The notes below the pieces were generated by a model. The model was not told the DNA's origin. It made no database searches and saw only the letters and a program-made list of their open reading frames with translations. Shown here piece by piece: positions 46,304 through 54,162 of a stretch of 54,162 nt of DNA; positions within the stretch are counted from its first letter, which is position 1, and each line of letters begins with the position of its first letter. The position numbers and the translations under genes are program-made. This stretch comes from an uncultured Gammaproteobacteria bacterium (GTDB taxonomy: Bacteria; Patescibacteriota; Patescibacteriia; Magasanikbacterales; GWA2-37-8), in contig CAZLNR010000003.1 in NCBI GenBank assembly GCA_964561035.1, positions 3,558 through 57,719 on the forward strand. Reading direction: 5' to 3'.

Positions 46304-47659
46304 CTATTTTTTAACAAATGAGGCTATATATTTTTTTACATCAAACTTTGATTTGCAGCCGTTATAATTCATATACCTTATCTTGCCAAATACAGGCCGC
46401 TCAAACCATGCCCTGTCATGCACACCGCCAATTGACCATGCCACACCCGCATATCCATTCGGATCTCTTCCGTCTAATTCATATTTATCATTTAAATACA
46501 GAGCGGTTTTTATAGCAACACGCGGACTCGCGCTCCATTCTAATATCTTTTTTGCCCAGTACATACGCATATATCCATGCATTTTTCCGGTTTGCACCAT
46601 TTCTAACTGAGCCGCATTCCACAGGTCGTCATGCGTTTGCGTGCGTTCAAACTGCCGAACTGTGTATACGTACTCTCGTTTATCTTTTGCATGCGCAGCA
46701 AGAGTTTCTTTGGCCCAATTTGGAAATCCGTCATACAAATCATATTTTAAATTATACAAACAAAAATTGTCCGCCAACTCTCTGCGCACGATAAGCTCTT
46801 CCAAAAAAGCCTCTTTGTCTTTTTGAGATACGCCTATTGCGTTTTTTACTTCAAGCGCCACGCGTTGCGCAGAAATCTGGCCAAAATGAAGATATGGCGA
46901 CAATCCCGACTGACCAAATGCCACAGGATCGTTACGGCGCTGATCATAGCTACTCAGCTTATGTTTAATAAATTGCTTAAGCCATTTTTGTGCCGCTACT
47001 TCTCCTGACATCAGCCAATCAACTTCCAGTACCGCCATATCTACACGTAAAGACCGGTACAACTGCTGCCAATCTACTTTTTTTGCACCTGAAAAACTAG
47101 CGTCGCAAACTCGCAACTTAGGAAAATTTATCAAATATTCCGGTAATAATTTATGAATCTTTGGGCGAAGAGTATAAGCGCCAAACTCTATTTTTTGAGA
47201 CGCCTGCCAACATGGCACAATATTATGCGCATCAACCTCTACCATTGCACAATCAATCTGTTTTGCCACTTTTGTTTTCCATTCTCTTTTTATTCGCAGC
47301 GGATCAAAGTCTGTTATCACGGCCCCCGCCCGATGTTTTTGTACAAATGCCGGCAGGGTTTTATCTGGTTTGCCAGCTAATACAACAAAAGATATGTTGA
47401 GTTTTTCCAGATGTCTTTCAACCTCTTGCAGACCTTTCAACATAAAACCGTACTGCCGAATAGTTGCCTCCAAAAATACAGGGACCAAACAAAATACAAC
47501 TACCAATGGTTGTTTATTATCACGGGCTAACTCTTGAGCATACAAAAGCGCCCAATTATCAGACACTCGCTGATCGCGGCTCATCCAGTATATTACAGGC
47601 CCTTTCCCAACTGCAGCACTATTGAGCGATCGCGTTCGACGCACATCTATTTTTTTCAT
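46304..47659 (-). CDS. Deoxyribodipyrimidine (CPD) photolyase, class II
   Basis: GPVIYWMSRDQRVSDNWALLYA N-terminal hallmark of class II enzymes and a FAD-binding C-terminal half (MHGYMRMYWAKKILEW). Confidence 0.85.
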   Translation of the reverse strand: MKKIDVRRTRSLNSAAVGKGPVIYWMSRDQRVSDNWALLYAQELARDNKQPLVVVFCLVPVFLEATIRQYGFMLKGLQEVERHLEKLNISFVVLAGKPDKTLPAFVQKHRAGAVITDFDPLRIKREWKTKVAKQIDCAMVEVDAHNIVPCWQASQKIEFGAYTLRPKIHKLLPEYLINFPKLRVCDASFSGAKKVDWQQLYRSLRVDMAVLEVDWLMSGEVAAQKWLKQFIKHKLSSYDQRRNDPVAFGQSGLSPYLHFGQISAQRVALEVKNAIGVSQKDKEAFLEELIVRRELADNFCLYNLKYDLYDGFPNWAKETLAAHAKDKREYVYTVRQFERTQTHDDLWNAAQLEMVQTGKMHGYMRMYWAKKILEWSASPRVAIKTALYLNDKYELDGRDPNGYAGVAWSIGGVHDRAWFERPVFGKIRYMNYNGCKSKFDVKKYIASFVKK

Positions 47660-47689
47660 GTGTATACAGCTATAAATAAGACTTCTATT

Positions 47690-48247
47690 TTAAACCATTT
47701 TTTTAAGTAGCGCCACAATTTTTTTGGTAGTATTTGTGTTTCTTATGGTCATTTCTTTATACTCTGGACGCGATGAAAGTTTTAACATTGTCGAGCGAGT
47801 TAAATCACTTAGCTTCGCAGACCAAAACAGCACTCCTTTATAATACGCAACTTCTTCTATATCTTTTTTAATCATGCGTTGTTTTAAAATATTTTTTGAA
47901 TCAATTGCCTTGCTCAAAAAAATTACATTATGCTTCCAATTCTTATCTGCAAATCGACGAGGGAAATGCTTTACCGTAGCCTGCATTTCACGACGGCTTC
48001 GCACCAGCACTCGCGCCTTATAGTTAAATCGCGTACTTAAAGCTTTTTCCAGTTTTTTCTCAATTTTATCCGTATCGTCTATGCTAGAAAAAAACAAAAC
48101 ATTTCCGCTTTGTATGTATGTAGATACTTGCGCAAAACCCATCCGTTCAAACTCCGCGCGCAATGCTTCCATTTTTATTATATTATTTCCACCTACATTT
48201 ATGCCGCGCAGCAGCGCCACGTACGCAATATATTTTTCTGTTTTCAT
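47690..48247 (-). CDS. DUF1697 family protein
   Basis: YIALLRGINVGGNN.IKM..L...F...GF..V.TYIQSGNV.F pattern. Confidence 0.75.
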   Translation of the reverse strand: MKTEKYIAYVALLRGINVGGNNIIKMEALRAEFERMGFAQVSTYIQSGNVLFFSSIDDTDKIEKKLEKALSTRFNYKARVLVRSRREMQATVKHFPRRFADKNWKHNVIFLSKAIDSKNILKQRMIKKDIEEVAYYKGVLFWSAKLSDLTRSTMLKLSSRPEYKEMTIRNTNTTKKIVALLKKMV

Positions 48248-48696
48248 ACCTTCTTTTTATACCGCCCGGGCCAGCATACCGGACAACTTGGCATATCTTT
48301 ACTTCTAAAAAAAACATGCCCGCGGCTACACACTTTGCGCGCTGCCTGCTTAATTTCTTTTACTTTAAACAGGATAATTTTTTTAATTAAACCATAGGGC
48401 ACAGCTTTATCAAGGGGAAACTGAATCGCGCCCTTTGACACATGATATTTACCAAGCTCTTTGGCAAATACGCTATTCGCGGAAGGTGTAGCATACAACC
48501 CTATATGCCTGTCCCAAGCAGCCATATATACGAGAGGCTTGCCATGCAACTTAAATGCCGGCATAGCATAACTTAATGACTCAGCCACCTCCGGCGCAGC
48601 CGCATGCACCGCCTGTCGTATTTTTTCCAAAATGCTTTTTGCATTTTGCGGGATTGTTTCTAGGTACTGGTCAATCGTTTTAACTTGTTTAGGCAT
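48244..48696 (-). CDS. DUF1801 (YdhG-like) domain protein with a C-terminal Cys-rich tail
   Basis: IDQYL...ILEKIR..V....P...E..SY.MPAFK..GK.L...A....HIGLY pattern. Confidence 0.65.
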   Translation of the reverse strand: MPKQVKTIDQYLETIPQNAKSILEKIRQAVHAAAPEVAESLSYAMPAFKLHGKPLVYMAAWDRHIGLYATPSANSVFAKELGKYHVSKGAIQFPLDKAVPYGLIKKIILFKVKEIKQAARKVCSRGHVFFRSKDMPSCPVCWPGRYKKKV

Positions 48697-48702
48697 AAAA
48701 AA

Positions 48703-50487
48703 TTATAAAAATTCACCGGACTGATGGCTCCACAACTTGGCATACAAGCCTTTTTTTGCAATTAATTCTTGATGGGTTCCATCCTGCACCACCCTACCCT
48801 GATCAAGCACAATAATTCTATCTAAATGCTTAATTGTTGACAATCGATGCGCTATTACCAGTGCTGTTTTGTTTTTCATCAATTTTAGCAACCCATCCTG
48901 AATATATTTTTCCGATTCGGAATCAAGAGCGCTTGTTGCCTCATCTAAAACTAGAATCTTTGCTTTTTTAAGCAGAGCTCGCGCAATAGCCACGCGCTGC
49001 CGCTGTCCGCCCGACAACTTAATTCCACGCTCCCCAACTAAAGTTTGATACCCATCCGGCAGCGCACTGATAAATTCATGCGCATGCGCAATTTTAGCAA
49101 CGCTAATTACATCAGCCTCTGTAGCATTTTCATCACCATAAGCAATATTTTCAAAAAGCGAACGGTGAAATAACAACGGCTCTTGCGGCACATATGCAAC
49201 AGATTTTCGCAGCGACTCTTGCGTAACCGCACTAATATTCTGACCATCAATCAAAATCGACCCGTGATCAACATCCATAAATCTTAAAAGCAATCTGGTA
49301 ATAGTTGTTTTTCCACCGCCGCTTGGCCCTACCAATCCGACTTTCTGATTTGCAGGAATATAAATATTTAAGTTCCGTAAAAAAGTTGCTGTGTCTTTTT
49401 CTGACCGATAGTCAAAACTAACCTCTGAAAATTCTATAGCACCATGACTAACCTGAAGTGTTTGGGCGCGCGAATTATCCTGCACAGAAGGCGGGGTAGC
49501 AAGTAAATCCACAAACTCTGCTGCCTCTGTAACTGACGATTCCAGATTTCTATAAATACGATTAATCTCCCAAAAAATACGCGTAAGCTGAGAGAAATAT
49601 GTAAAAATAACCAACATGGCTCCAGGCTCCAAACCAAGCTTTCTTACCAAGTTTATTGTAAGCATCAGACCAAAAACATTAGTCAATACGTACATTGGCG
49701 ACATTACAATATCAAATCTTAAATTTTGAAAATCGGCAGCCTTCTTGAATTTTGAAGTAAAATCATCAACATGCCGGCCATACGTCCGCAACTCACTTGT
49801 CTCAGTGGCAAAAGATTTTATCGTAAGCATATTGGTAAGCGTATCCGACAACCTGCCGATCATTTTGCTTCCTGCTTCGTGCCGGGCAGTTACCAATTTT
49901 GCCCGCCTGCGAATAATCGGGATAGCCACCGCAACCACAAACATTAAAGAGAAAACGAGCGCCAGCGGTATAATCGGTGAATATCGCCACAAAACTATAA
50001 TGGCAAAAATCATCGGGAATAATTCGTTTACTACGTTAAACGTAAGCGTATCCGTAAACATTTCAAAATTTCTCGCGTAGGCAGATGCTTTCTTTGATAG
50101 CGAACCCACAAAATTATTGGTGTAAAAATCATAGTCGCGAGCCGCAAGCTTGCTAAACGCCGATCTGCTCAGCGCGCGCAAAGCTTCCACATCAAGCTTA
50201 ATTAAAAAATGCAAACCAATTCGCCACAGCATCTCTCCCAACAACCAAAGCCCGGCAAATAATGCGATATATTTTGTGGCAACGCTAGACGAAATACTTT
50301 GCTGCGCCACATACATATTAATAAGTTTTGCTACAATAAGCGGCGGAACAAAAAAGATAAGCACTGTACCAACAGCGGGCATGAAAAACGAAAAAAACGT
50401 ATACCAAGGATGATCTTTATATTGCAGAACATAATCACGCAACACTTGGCGAACTGAATTGGATAACATTTGTTTAGCCATAATCAA
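48703..50487 (-). CDS. ABC transporter permease/ATP-binding fusion (MsbA/multidrug exporter type)
   Basis: Six TM helices, then Walker A GPSGGGKTT, signature LSGGQRQR and Walker B ILVLDEATSALD. Confidence 0.92.
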   Translation of the reverse strand: MIMAKQMLSNSVRQVLRDYVLQYKDHPWYTFFSFFMPAVGTVLIFFVPPLIVAKLINMYVAQQSISSSVATKYIALFAGLWLLGEMLWRIGLHFLIKLDVEALRALSRSAFSKLAARDYDFYTNNFVGSLSKKASAYARNFEMFTDTLTFNVVNELFPMIFAIIVLWRYSPIIPLALVFSLMFVVAVAIPIIRRRAKLVTARHEAGSKMIGRLSDTLTNMLTIKSFATETSELRTYGRHVDDFTSKFKKAADFQNLRFDIVMSPMYVLTNVFGLMLTINLVRKLGLEPGAMLVIFTYFSQLTRIFWEINRIYRNLESSVTEAAEFVDLLATPPSVQDNSRAQTLQVSHGAIEFSEVSFDYRSEKDTATFLRNLNIYIPANQKVGLVGPSGGGKTTITRLLLRFMDVDHGSILIDGQNISAVTQESLRKSVAYVPQEPLLFHRSLFENIAYGDENATEADVISVAKIAHAHEFISALPDGYQTLVGERGIKLSGGQRQRVAIARALLKKAKILVLDEATSALDSESEKYIQDGLLKLMKNKTALVIAHRLSTIKHLDRIIVLDQGRVVQDGTHQELIAKKGLYAKLWSHQSGEFL

Positions 50488-50561
50488 CTTTAAACAGTTA
50501 TATTACTAGATATAACTACTCATATTTTATAGTATTTACGCGTATTTGAGAATATTGTGAA

Positions 50562-50582
50562 TAGCGGAGAGGGAGGGGATTC
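50562..50582. repeat. Orphan duplicate of the 3' end of tRNA-Ser (TAGCGGAGAGGGAGGGGATTC), in direct repeat with 51234..51253
   Basis: All 20 nt of the 51234..51253 copy match; the only difference is one extra G in this 21-nt copy. Confidence 0.8.
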
Positions 50583-50630
50583 ACCCCTTTGGGGCGTAAA
50601 CTTCTCATCCCGTTCTTTTCATATTACAAA

Positions 50631-50652
50631 ATACACACCCAAAGGCGTGTAT
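50631..50652 (-). terminator. Hairpin terminator downstream of orf177
   Basis: ATACACACC-caaa-GGCGTGTAT (one mismatch), followed on the minus strand by TTTTGT. Confidence 0.5.
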
Positions 50653-50698
50653 TTTATAATGCAGTGCGTCATCAACAGCATCCGAAAAGTCTTATATT

Positions 50699-51232
50699 TT
50701 AGACCATTCCTTCTCTAATCAGTTGAAAAACCGGTTTTTCTCCGGACACATCAACTTCGTATTCCATCTCTGTTAGATATTTAAATTTCTTTTGACCAAG
50801 TCCCTTTGACACTAAATTAACTGAAATTTCTACCCGATTATTTCTGTACTCATGTCCCGTAATTTTTTTTCGGCCAATTTCATTAATATGACCTATTGGA
50901 GCCAATTTTTGTTTCTCGGTAGGAGATAAAACCGCTTCAAAATTAAAAGTGGTCGGATACTCTTCGTCACCAATTTTCAAAACCGCTTTTGCTATTTTTA
51001 CAATGGAAGGATACTCGCCTTTGTTTACAAGCAGTATATGAAAATACCATTTACCCTCATTTTCTTCAAAAATCATTTCAGGCATTACATACGGCCTTCG
51101 CCTTAAAACGTACTCTGTATAAGCAACAATCGCTGAAATAACCGCAACAATAGCCAAAATTAAGTTGGCATAGTTGTTATTTATGGTAATTAAGAATTGT
51201 AAAGTTGAACTAACCATAATCACTAGACCCAT
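50699..51232 (-). CDS. Hypothetical membrane-anchored protein (orf177), the sole cargo between the tRNA-Ser repeat copies
   Basis: ORF with one N-terminal TM helix (LILAIVAVISAIVAY). I recognise no motif. Confidence 0.55.
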   Translation of the reverse strand: MGLVIMVSSTLQFLITINNNYANLILAIVAVISAIVAYTEYVLRRRPYVMPEMIFEENEGKWYFHILLVNKGEYPSIVKIAKAVLKIGDEEYPTTFNFEAVLSPTEKQKLAPIGHINEIGRKKITGHEYRNNRVEISVNLVSKGLGQKKFKYLTEMEYEVDVSGEKPVFQLIREGMV

Positions 51233-51236
51233 CTAG

Positions 51237-51321
51237 CGGAGAGGGAGGGATTCGAACCCTCGAGGCCTTGCGGCCTACCGCTTTTCGAGAGCGGCACTTT
51301 CGACCACTCAGACACCTCTCC
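51237..51321 (-). tRNA. tRNA-Ser (CGA), long variable arm
   Basis: Reverse complement GGAGAGGTGTCTGAGTGGTCGAAAGTGCCGCTCTCGAAAAGCGGTAGGCCGCAAGGCCTCGAGGGTTCGAATCCCTCCCTCTCCG; anticodon loop CTCGAAA; T-arm GAGGG-TTCGAAT-CCCTC. Confidence 0.9.
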
Positions 51322-51345
51322 ATAATATCGCAATTTTATATAAAA

Positions 51346-51960
51346 TTAGTCTTTTTGTCTATTATCAAGACTTGCCCATAAATAGAGCGACGCAGTGGTA
51401 CGATATGGCTGCCATTTGGAAGATATTTGTTTAAGCCGAGCCGGAGATGGATCTTTCCGAAGTTTATATATTTTTTTTACCGCATTGCGCAACCCCAGAT
51501 CGCCAAAAGAAAACACATCCGGCCGCCCCAAAGAAAAAATCAAAAACATCTCGGCTGTCCATCTGCCAATGCCTTTTATTTTTACCAGCATTTCAATAAT
51601 TTCGGCGTCTGTTTTTTTGTCTATATGTTCAAAATCAAGCGATCCATTTTCAAAAGCAGTGGCAATATTTTTTATATACAAAACTTTTGACCCCGACACA
51701 CCCGATGAGCGCAAATCGGCATCGTTTTTTGCCAGCACTTCGGCAGGGGTCGGAAACTTACCTGTCGGAAATAATGCGTTAAACCTTTTTATTATCGTGT
51801 CTGCCGCCTTGCCGGAAAGCTGCTGGCTTATTATTGCGCCCACTAGTGATTGAAAATAGTTTTTGCTGCGACGTAAAATTGCTGGTTGCACTTCCCCAAA
51901 CAAAGCCCAAATTACCGGATCTGTTTTTTTAAAAAAATCAACCAGCTTTTTTTCTACCAT
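51346..51960 (-). CDS. DNA-3-methyladenine glycosylase II-like HhH-GPD family protein
   Basis: HhH-GPD signature IKGIGRWTAEMFLIFSLGRPDVFSFGDLGL. Confidence 0.85.
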   Translation of the reverse strand: MVEKKLVDFFKKTDPVIWALFGEVQPAILRRSKNYFQSLVGAIISQQLSGKAADTIIKRFNALFPTGKFPTPAEVLAKNDADLRSSGVSGSKVLYIKNIATAFENGSLDFEHIDKKTDAEIIEMLVKIKGIGRWTAEMFLIFSLGRPDVFSFGDLGLRNAVKKIYKLRKDPSPARLKQISSKWQPYRTTASLYLWASLDNRQKD

Positions 51961-51964
51961 ATTG

Positions 51965-52378
51965 CTATACAGTTAAATGTTGCACACTACGCCAAAATTC
52001 TTTGTCTTTCGGGTGCGAAAGCAAATCGGCGACATCTTCTGGTTTTACCCATCGCGCTTCTGGGTTGGACGGATCAGTTGGGCACAAGTCCATATCGGTA
52101 GTTGTGAATAAAAATACAGTAATATGCTTGAGTTCAGACAAGTCATCGGTACCATCTTTGGCAATTTTATATCGAGAATAGTCTCCCAGATCACGCACAT
52201 AGGTTAACTGTTTTACTCCGGACTCTTCAGCAATCTCACGCCGCGCTGCCGTCTGTTTATCTTCTCCTGGCTCCACATGACCTTTGGGTAATGACCATGT
52301 TCGGCCATGCTGGCTTACAACCAAAATATCTCCGTTAATATTTTTTACCACTCCACCTGCAATTTCACTTTTTATCAT
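51965..52378 (-). CDS. NUDIX hydrolase
   Basis: Nudix box GHVEPGEDKQTAARREIAEESGV. Confidence 0.85.
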   Translation of the reverse strand: MIKSEIAGGVVKNINGDILVVSQHGRTWSLPKGHVEPGEDKQTAARREIAEESGVKQLTYVRDLGDYSRYKIAKDGTDDLSELKHITVFLFTTTDMDLCPTDPSNPEARWVKPEDVADLLSHPKDKEFWRSVQHLTV

Positions 52379-52381
52379 AGA

Positions 52382-53899
52382 TTATATTTCAACACATGGT
52401 TTAATTTTTTCTTCCAATCTGTACAGTTCCATCACATCGCTTTCCGCAACCTGTCGCAGCTCACTGTCTTGTTCGGATGGTGAATACAAAATACCATAAA
52501 ACAACGGCATCATAACATAAATTGCTTCCTTCACCAGCAATTGTTTTGATGTTTGTAACAGCGCTTGAGCTGTACTGTTTGTACCATACAAAAACAAGTC
52601 CAGTCCAGCCGCCTGCACCAACTTACCACTCTTATTGCGAGCAAACGATAGCGCCATATCTGCACCCATCTGTTTTGTTTCCACACTCTGCACAGCTGCC
52701 GCCTCCTCTACCATACCCAAATCATTTAGCATTGTAACATACGCTTCTTTAAGACTGGTTAAATAACTTGGCTGAAAAAAACCACCCCGACACACTAAGC
52801 CGTAATAAAAAGACAGCACTATAAATGTTACTAGCATGCTGGGCACCAGCTCGCCTGTCTGCATTTTTGCCACCAACGCTTCAACAGTACATTCAACAGA
52901 TAAACTACCATCAACTGTTTCAAGACGCTGCCTTTGATACCAAACTTGCTGGCGTTTTTTTTCTGCACCAGTAATAGCCCAAAACAAAAAAGTTCCTTTC
53001 CGGGCAGCGGTGTTAAAAGCGCCTTCTTTGCCGTCAAAATATTTTTTAACTTGTTCCCACCCGTCTATAGTTCCAAATAGTTCATAGACAAATGTTTTTT
53101 TCTCCAATAAATGTTTTGCCAGGAGATCGCCAACCAGCTGCTCTTGGGCAAGACATATTAGTTCAGGCACCTGAACCGAAGATGAAGAAAAAAATTTGCG
53201 CCACAAATCTGCATTAGTTATGCTGATTTGCGCGCAATAATCTTTAGCCCCCAGAGCTATCGCCTGTCCATACACCTGATCAAGTACAGAAATCAATTTT
53301 TCACCTGTGGTTTTATCTATGGCGCGGCACTTTATCTTCGCTTGCACAATACGGCACGCGCGCAATAAATCTTCCATATCATATCCAGGATGCGCCAACA
53401 CTGGCCTCATACCATACTGCGCCGATACTATCGGCACTTGTTCCATCTGACCATTTGCACTATGAAATAAAATACCGCGCGGAAACGAAGAATTATTGAG
53501 CGACACATTGGCACAAGCCAAAACTGCAATGCTTTTTGATCGCTGTTCTGGCGTTTGCATTGCTGGTAAAGCCGACAATATATTTCCATTCAAAAAAAAT
53601 GGATGGCATATTGGCCCATGATGATCAGCTGTAGATACGCTATATGCCATTTTTAGTGTTTTCTCTATCTCTTCCGCACTAGCTATCCCCAGCACTTCTG
53701 CTGTTCTATTTTTTATCACTTCCACCAACTCTGTCCTGCGATGCACGTACCGTTCTGCGAGTACAACCGACTGTAATTCATTCGTATACAAAAAAAGAGT
53801 TTTTGCCCCATGCAGATCTACCGTTTCTTGTAGAACTGGCGCTCTGGCAAAAACCTTCTTCGCTATAACATCAATATTTTTTTCTACATTCCGCTTCAT
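52382..53899 (-). CDS. Hypothetical protein, 505 aa, no recognisable domain
   Basis: Long uninterrupted ORF, tightly spaced with the upstream ATP-grasp gene and the downstream NUDIX gene. Confidence 0.6.
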   Translation of the reverse strand: MKRNVEKNIDVIAKKVFARAPVLQETVDLHGAKTLFLYTNELQSVVLAERYVHRRTELVEVIKNRTAEVLGIASAEEIEKTLKMAYSVSTADHHGPICHPFFLNGNILSALPAMQTPEQRSKSIAVLACANVSLNNSSFPRGILFHSANGQMEQVPIVSAQYGMRPVLAHPGYDMEDLLRACRIVQAKIKCRAIDKTTGEKLISVLDQVYGQAIALGAKDYCAQISITNADLWRKFFSSSSVQVPELICLAQEQLVGDLLAKHLLEKKTFVYELFGTIDGWEQVKKYFDGKEGAFNTAARKGTFLFWAITGAEKKRQQVWYQRQRLETVDGSLSVECTVEALVAKMQTGELVPSMLVTFIVLSFYYGLVCRGGFFQPSYLTSLKEAYVTMLNDLGMVEEAAAVQSVETKQMGADMALSFARNKSGKLVQAAGLDLFLYGTNSTAQALLQTSKQLLVKEAIYVMMPLFYGILYSPSEQDSELRQVAESDVMELYRLEEKIKPCVEI

Positions 53900-53908
53900 A
53901 GCCTTTTA

Positions 53909-54162
53909 CTAATAGTCCTCAACATGATCTTTCACATAATTCCAGAGTGGTTTGGCAACTTCATTGGTCGGACCTTCAATTGGATCGTAATGTAAATTTA
54001 TAAACGGCAGTCCGTTGCATTCTATAATGCCCCATTTTTGATTCTGTGGATCACCGGCAATATCAGAAATTATAAAATCAAATCCAATAAGCGGATCCGC
54101 CACAGCCGCCGCAGCTTTTTCCAAAATGCGCTTGGTTTCGGGATGAGTAATATTTGTAACCT
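53909..54162 (-). CDS. C-terminal part of an ATP-grasp enzyme (cyanophycin-synthetase-like N-domain type). The 5' end lies outside the window.
   Basis: The frame stays open to the window edge (..VTNITHPETKRILEKAAAAVADPLIGFDFIISDIAGDP...WGIIECNGLPFINLHYDPIEGP..EVAKPLW), which resembles the ..GxDxxxxDI....(I/V)IE(V/C)N..PG...H..P..G pattern. The track's M at 54124 is a TTG inside the ORF. Confidence 0.55.
   Translation of the reverse strand, partial: VTNITHPETKRILEKAAAAVADPLIGFDFIISDIAGDPQNQKWGIIECNGLPFINLHYDPIEGPTNEVAKPLWNYVKDHVEDY

Noticed and set aside
1-54162. Alternative genetic code (UGA recoded, as in some CPR lineages), rRNA genes, or CRISPR-Cas
   Set aside because: Housekeeping ORFs (RpoB 1147 aa, RpoC 1291 aa, RecA 355 aa, FtsK, CopA) close at orthodox lengths under the standard code. 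No rRNA-like conserved strings or cas genes were seen. The many antisense track ORFs inside rpoB, rpoC, hsdR, copA and other genes are shadow frames.

Overview
This is an AT-rich, tightly packed bacterial chromosome segment read under the standard genetic code. Its gene content and style resemble an uncultivated small-genome lineage (Patescibacteria/CPR-like): very compact operons, a giant Cys-rich secreted protein with a DsbA/VKOR pair nearby, and sparse metabolism. That placement is inference only, since no database search was possible.

Backbone genes:
- ruvC, yebC, rpoB-rpoC, ftsK, a RodZ-like gene and recA
- a tRNA-Cys/Phe/Pro operon and a separate tRNA-Ser
- malic enzyme, ribE, a riboflavin kinase domain, trhO and uppP
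- a csoR-copA copper module
- a repair and damage cluster: msrB, a YgjP-like gene, class II photolyase, an AlkA-like glycosylase and NUDIX genes
- an ABC exporter

The stand-out feature is a ~10.9-kb accessory island (21558-32449) inserted exactly at the 3' end of tRNA-Pro.
- A large serine recombinase gene is bracketed by perfect 147-bp inverted repeats.
- It is followed by a five-gene, translationally coupled operon, fic-hsdM-hsdS-orf311-hsdR, bracketed by ~214-bp inverted repeats.
- One 19-nt core site occurs three times: at both island ends in direct orientation and once internally, inverted.
- The internal copy is flanked by exactly the hybrid of the two junction arms, so it looks like an attP. 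An excised circle would therefore carry two inverted recombination sites, as the yeast 2-micron plasmid does.
- The repeat arms look G+C-richer than their surroundings and hairpin-rich. Two diverged copies keep their hairpins through compensatory changes.
- orf311 (26525-27460) has no motif I can recognise. It occupies the hsdS/hsdR slot that the anticodon nuclease PrrC occupies in the E. coli prr locus. It is my top candidate for an undescribed RM-linked function.

Other points:
- a modular surface-protein gene missing from the ORF track, containing identical 159-nt intragenic repeats
- a ~0.67-kb one-gene islet bounded by a duplicated tRNA-Ser 3' end
- a 1-kb rpoB/ftsK intergenic region with DnaA-box-like 9-mers and a 24-bp perfect palindrome

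All coordinates and alignments were done by eye. No rRNA genes or CRISPR arrays were seen.
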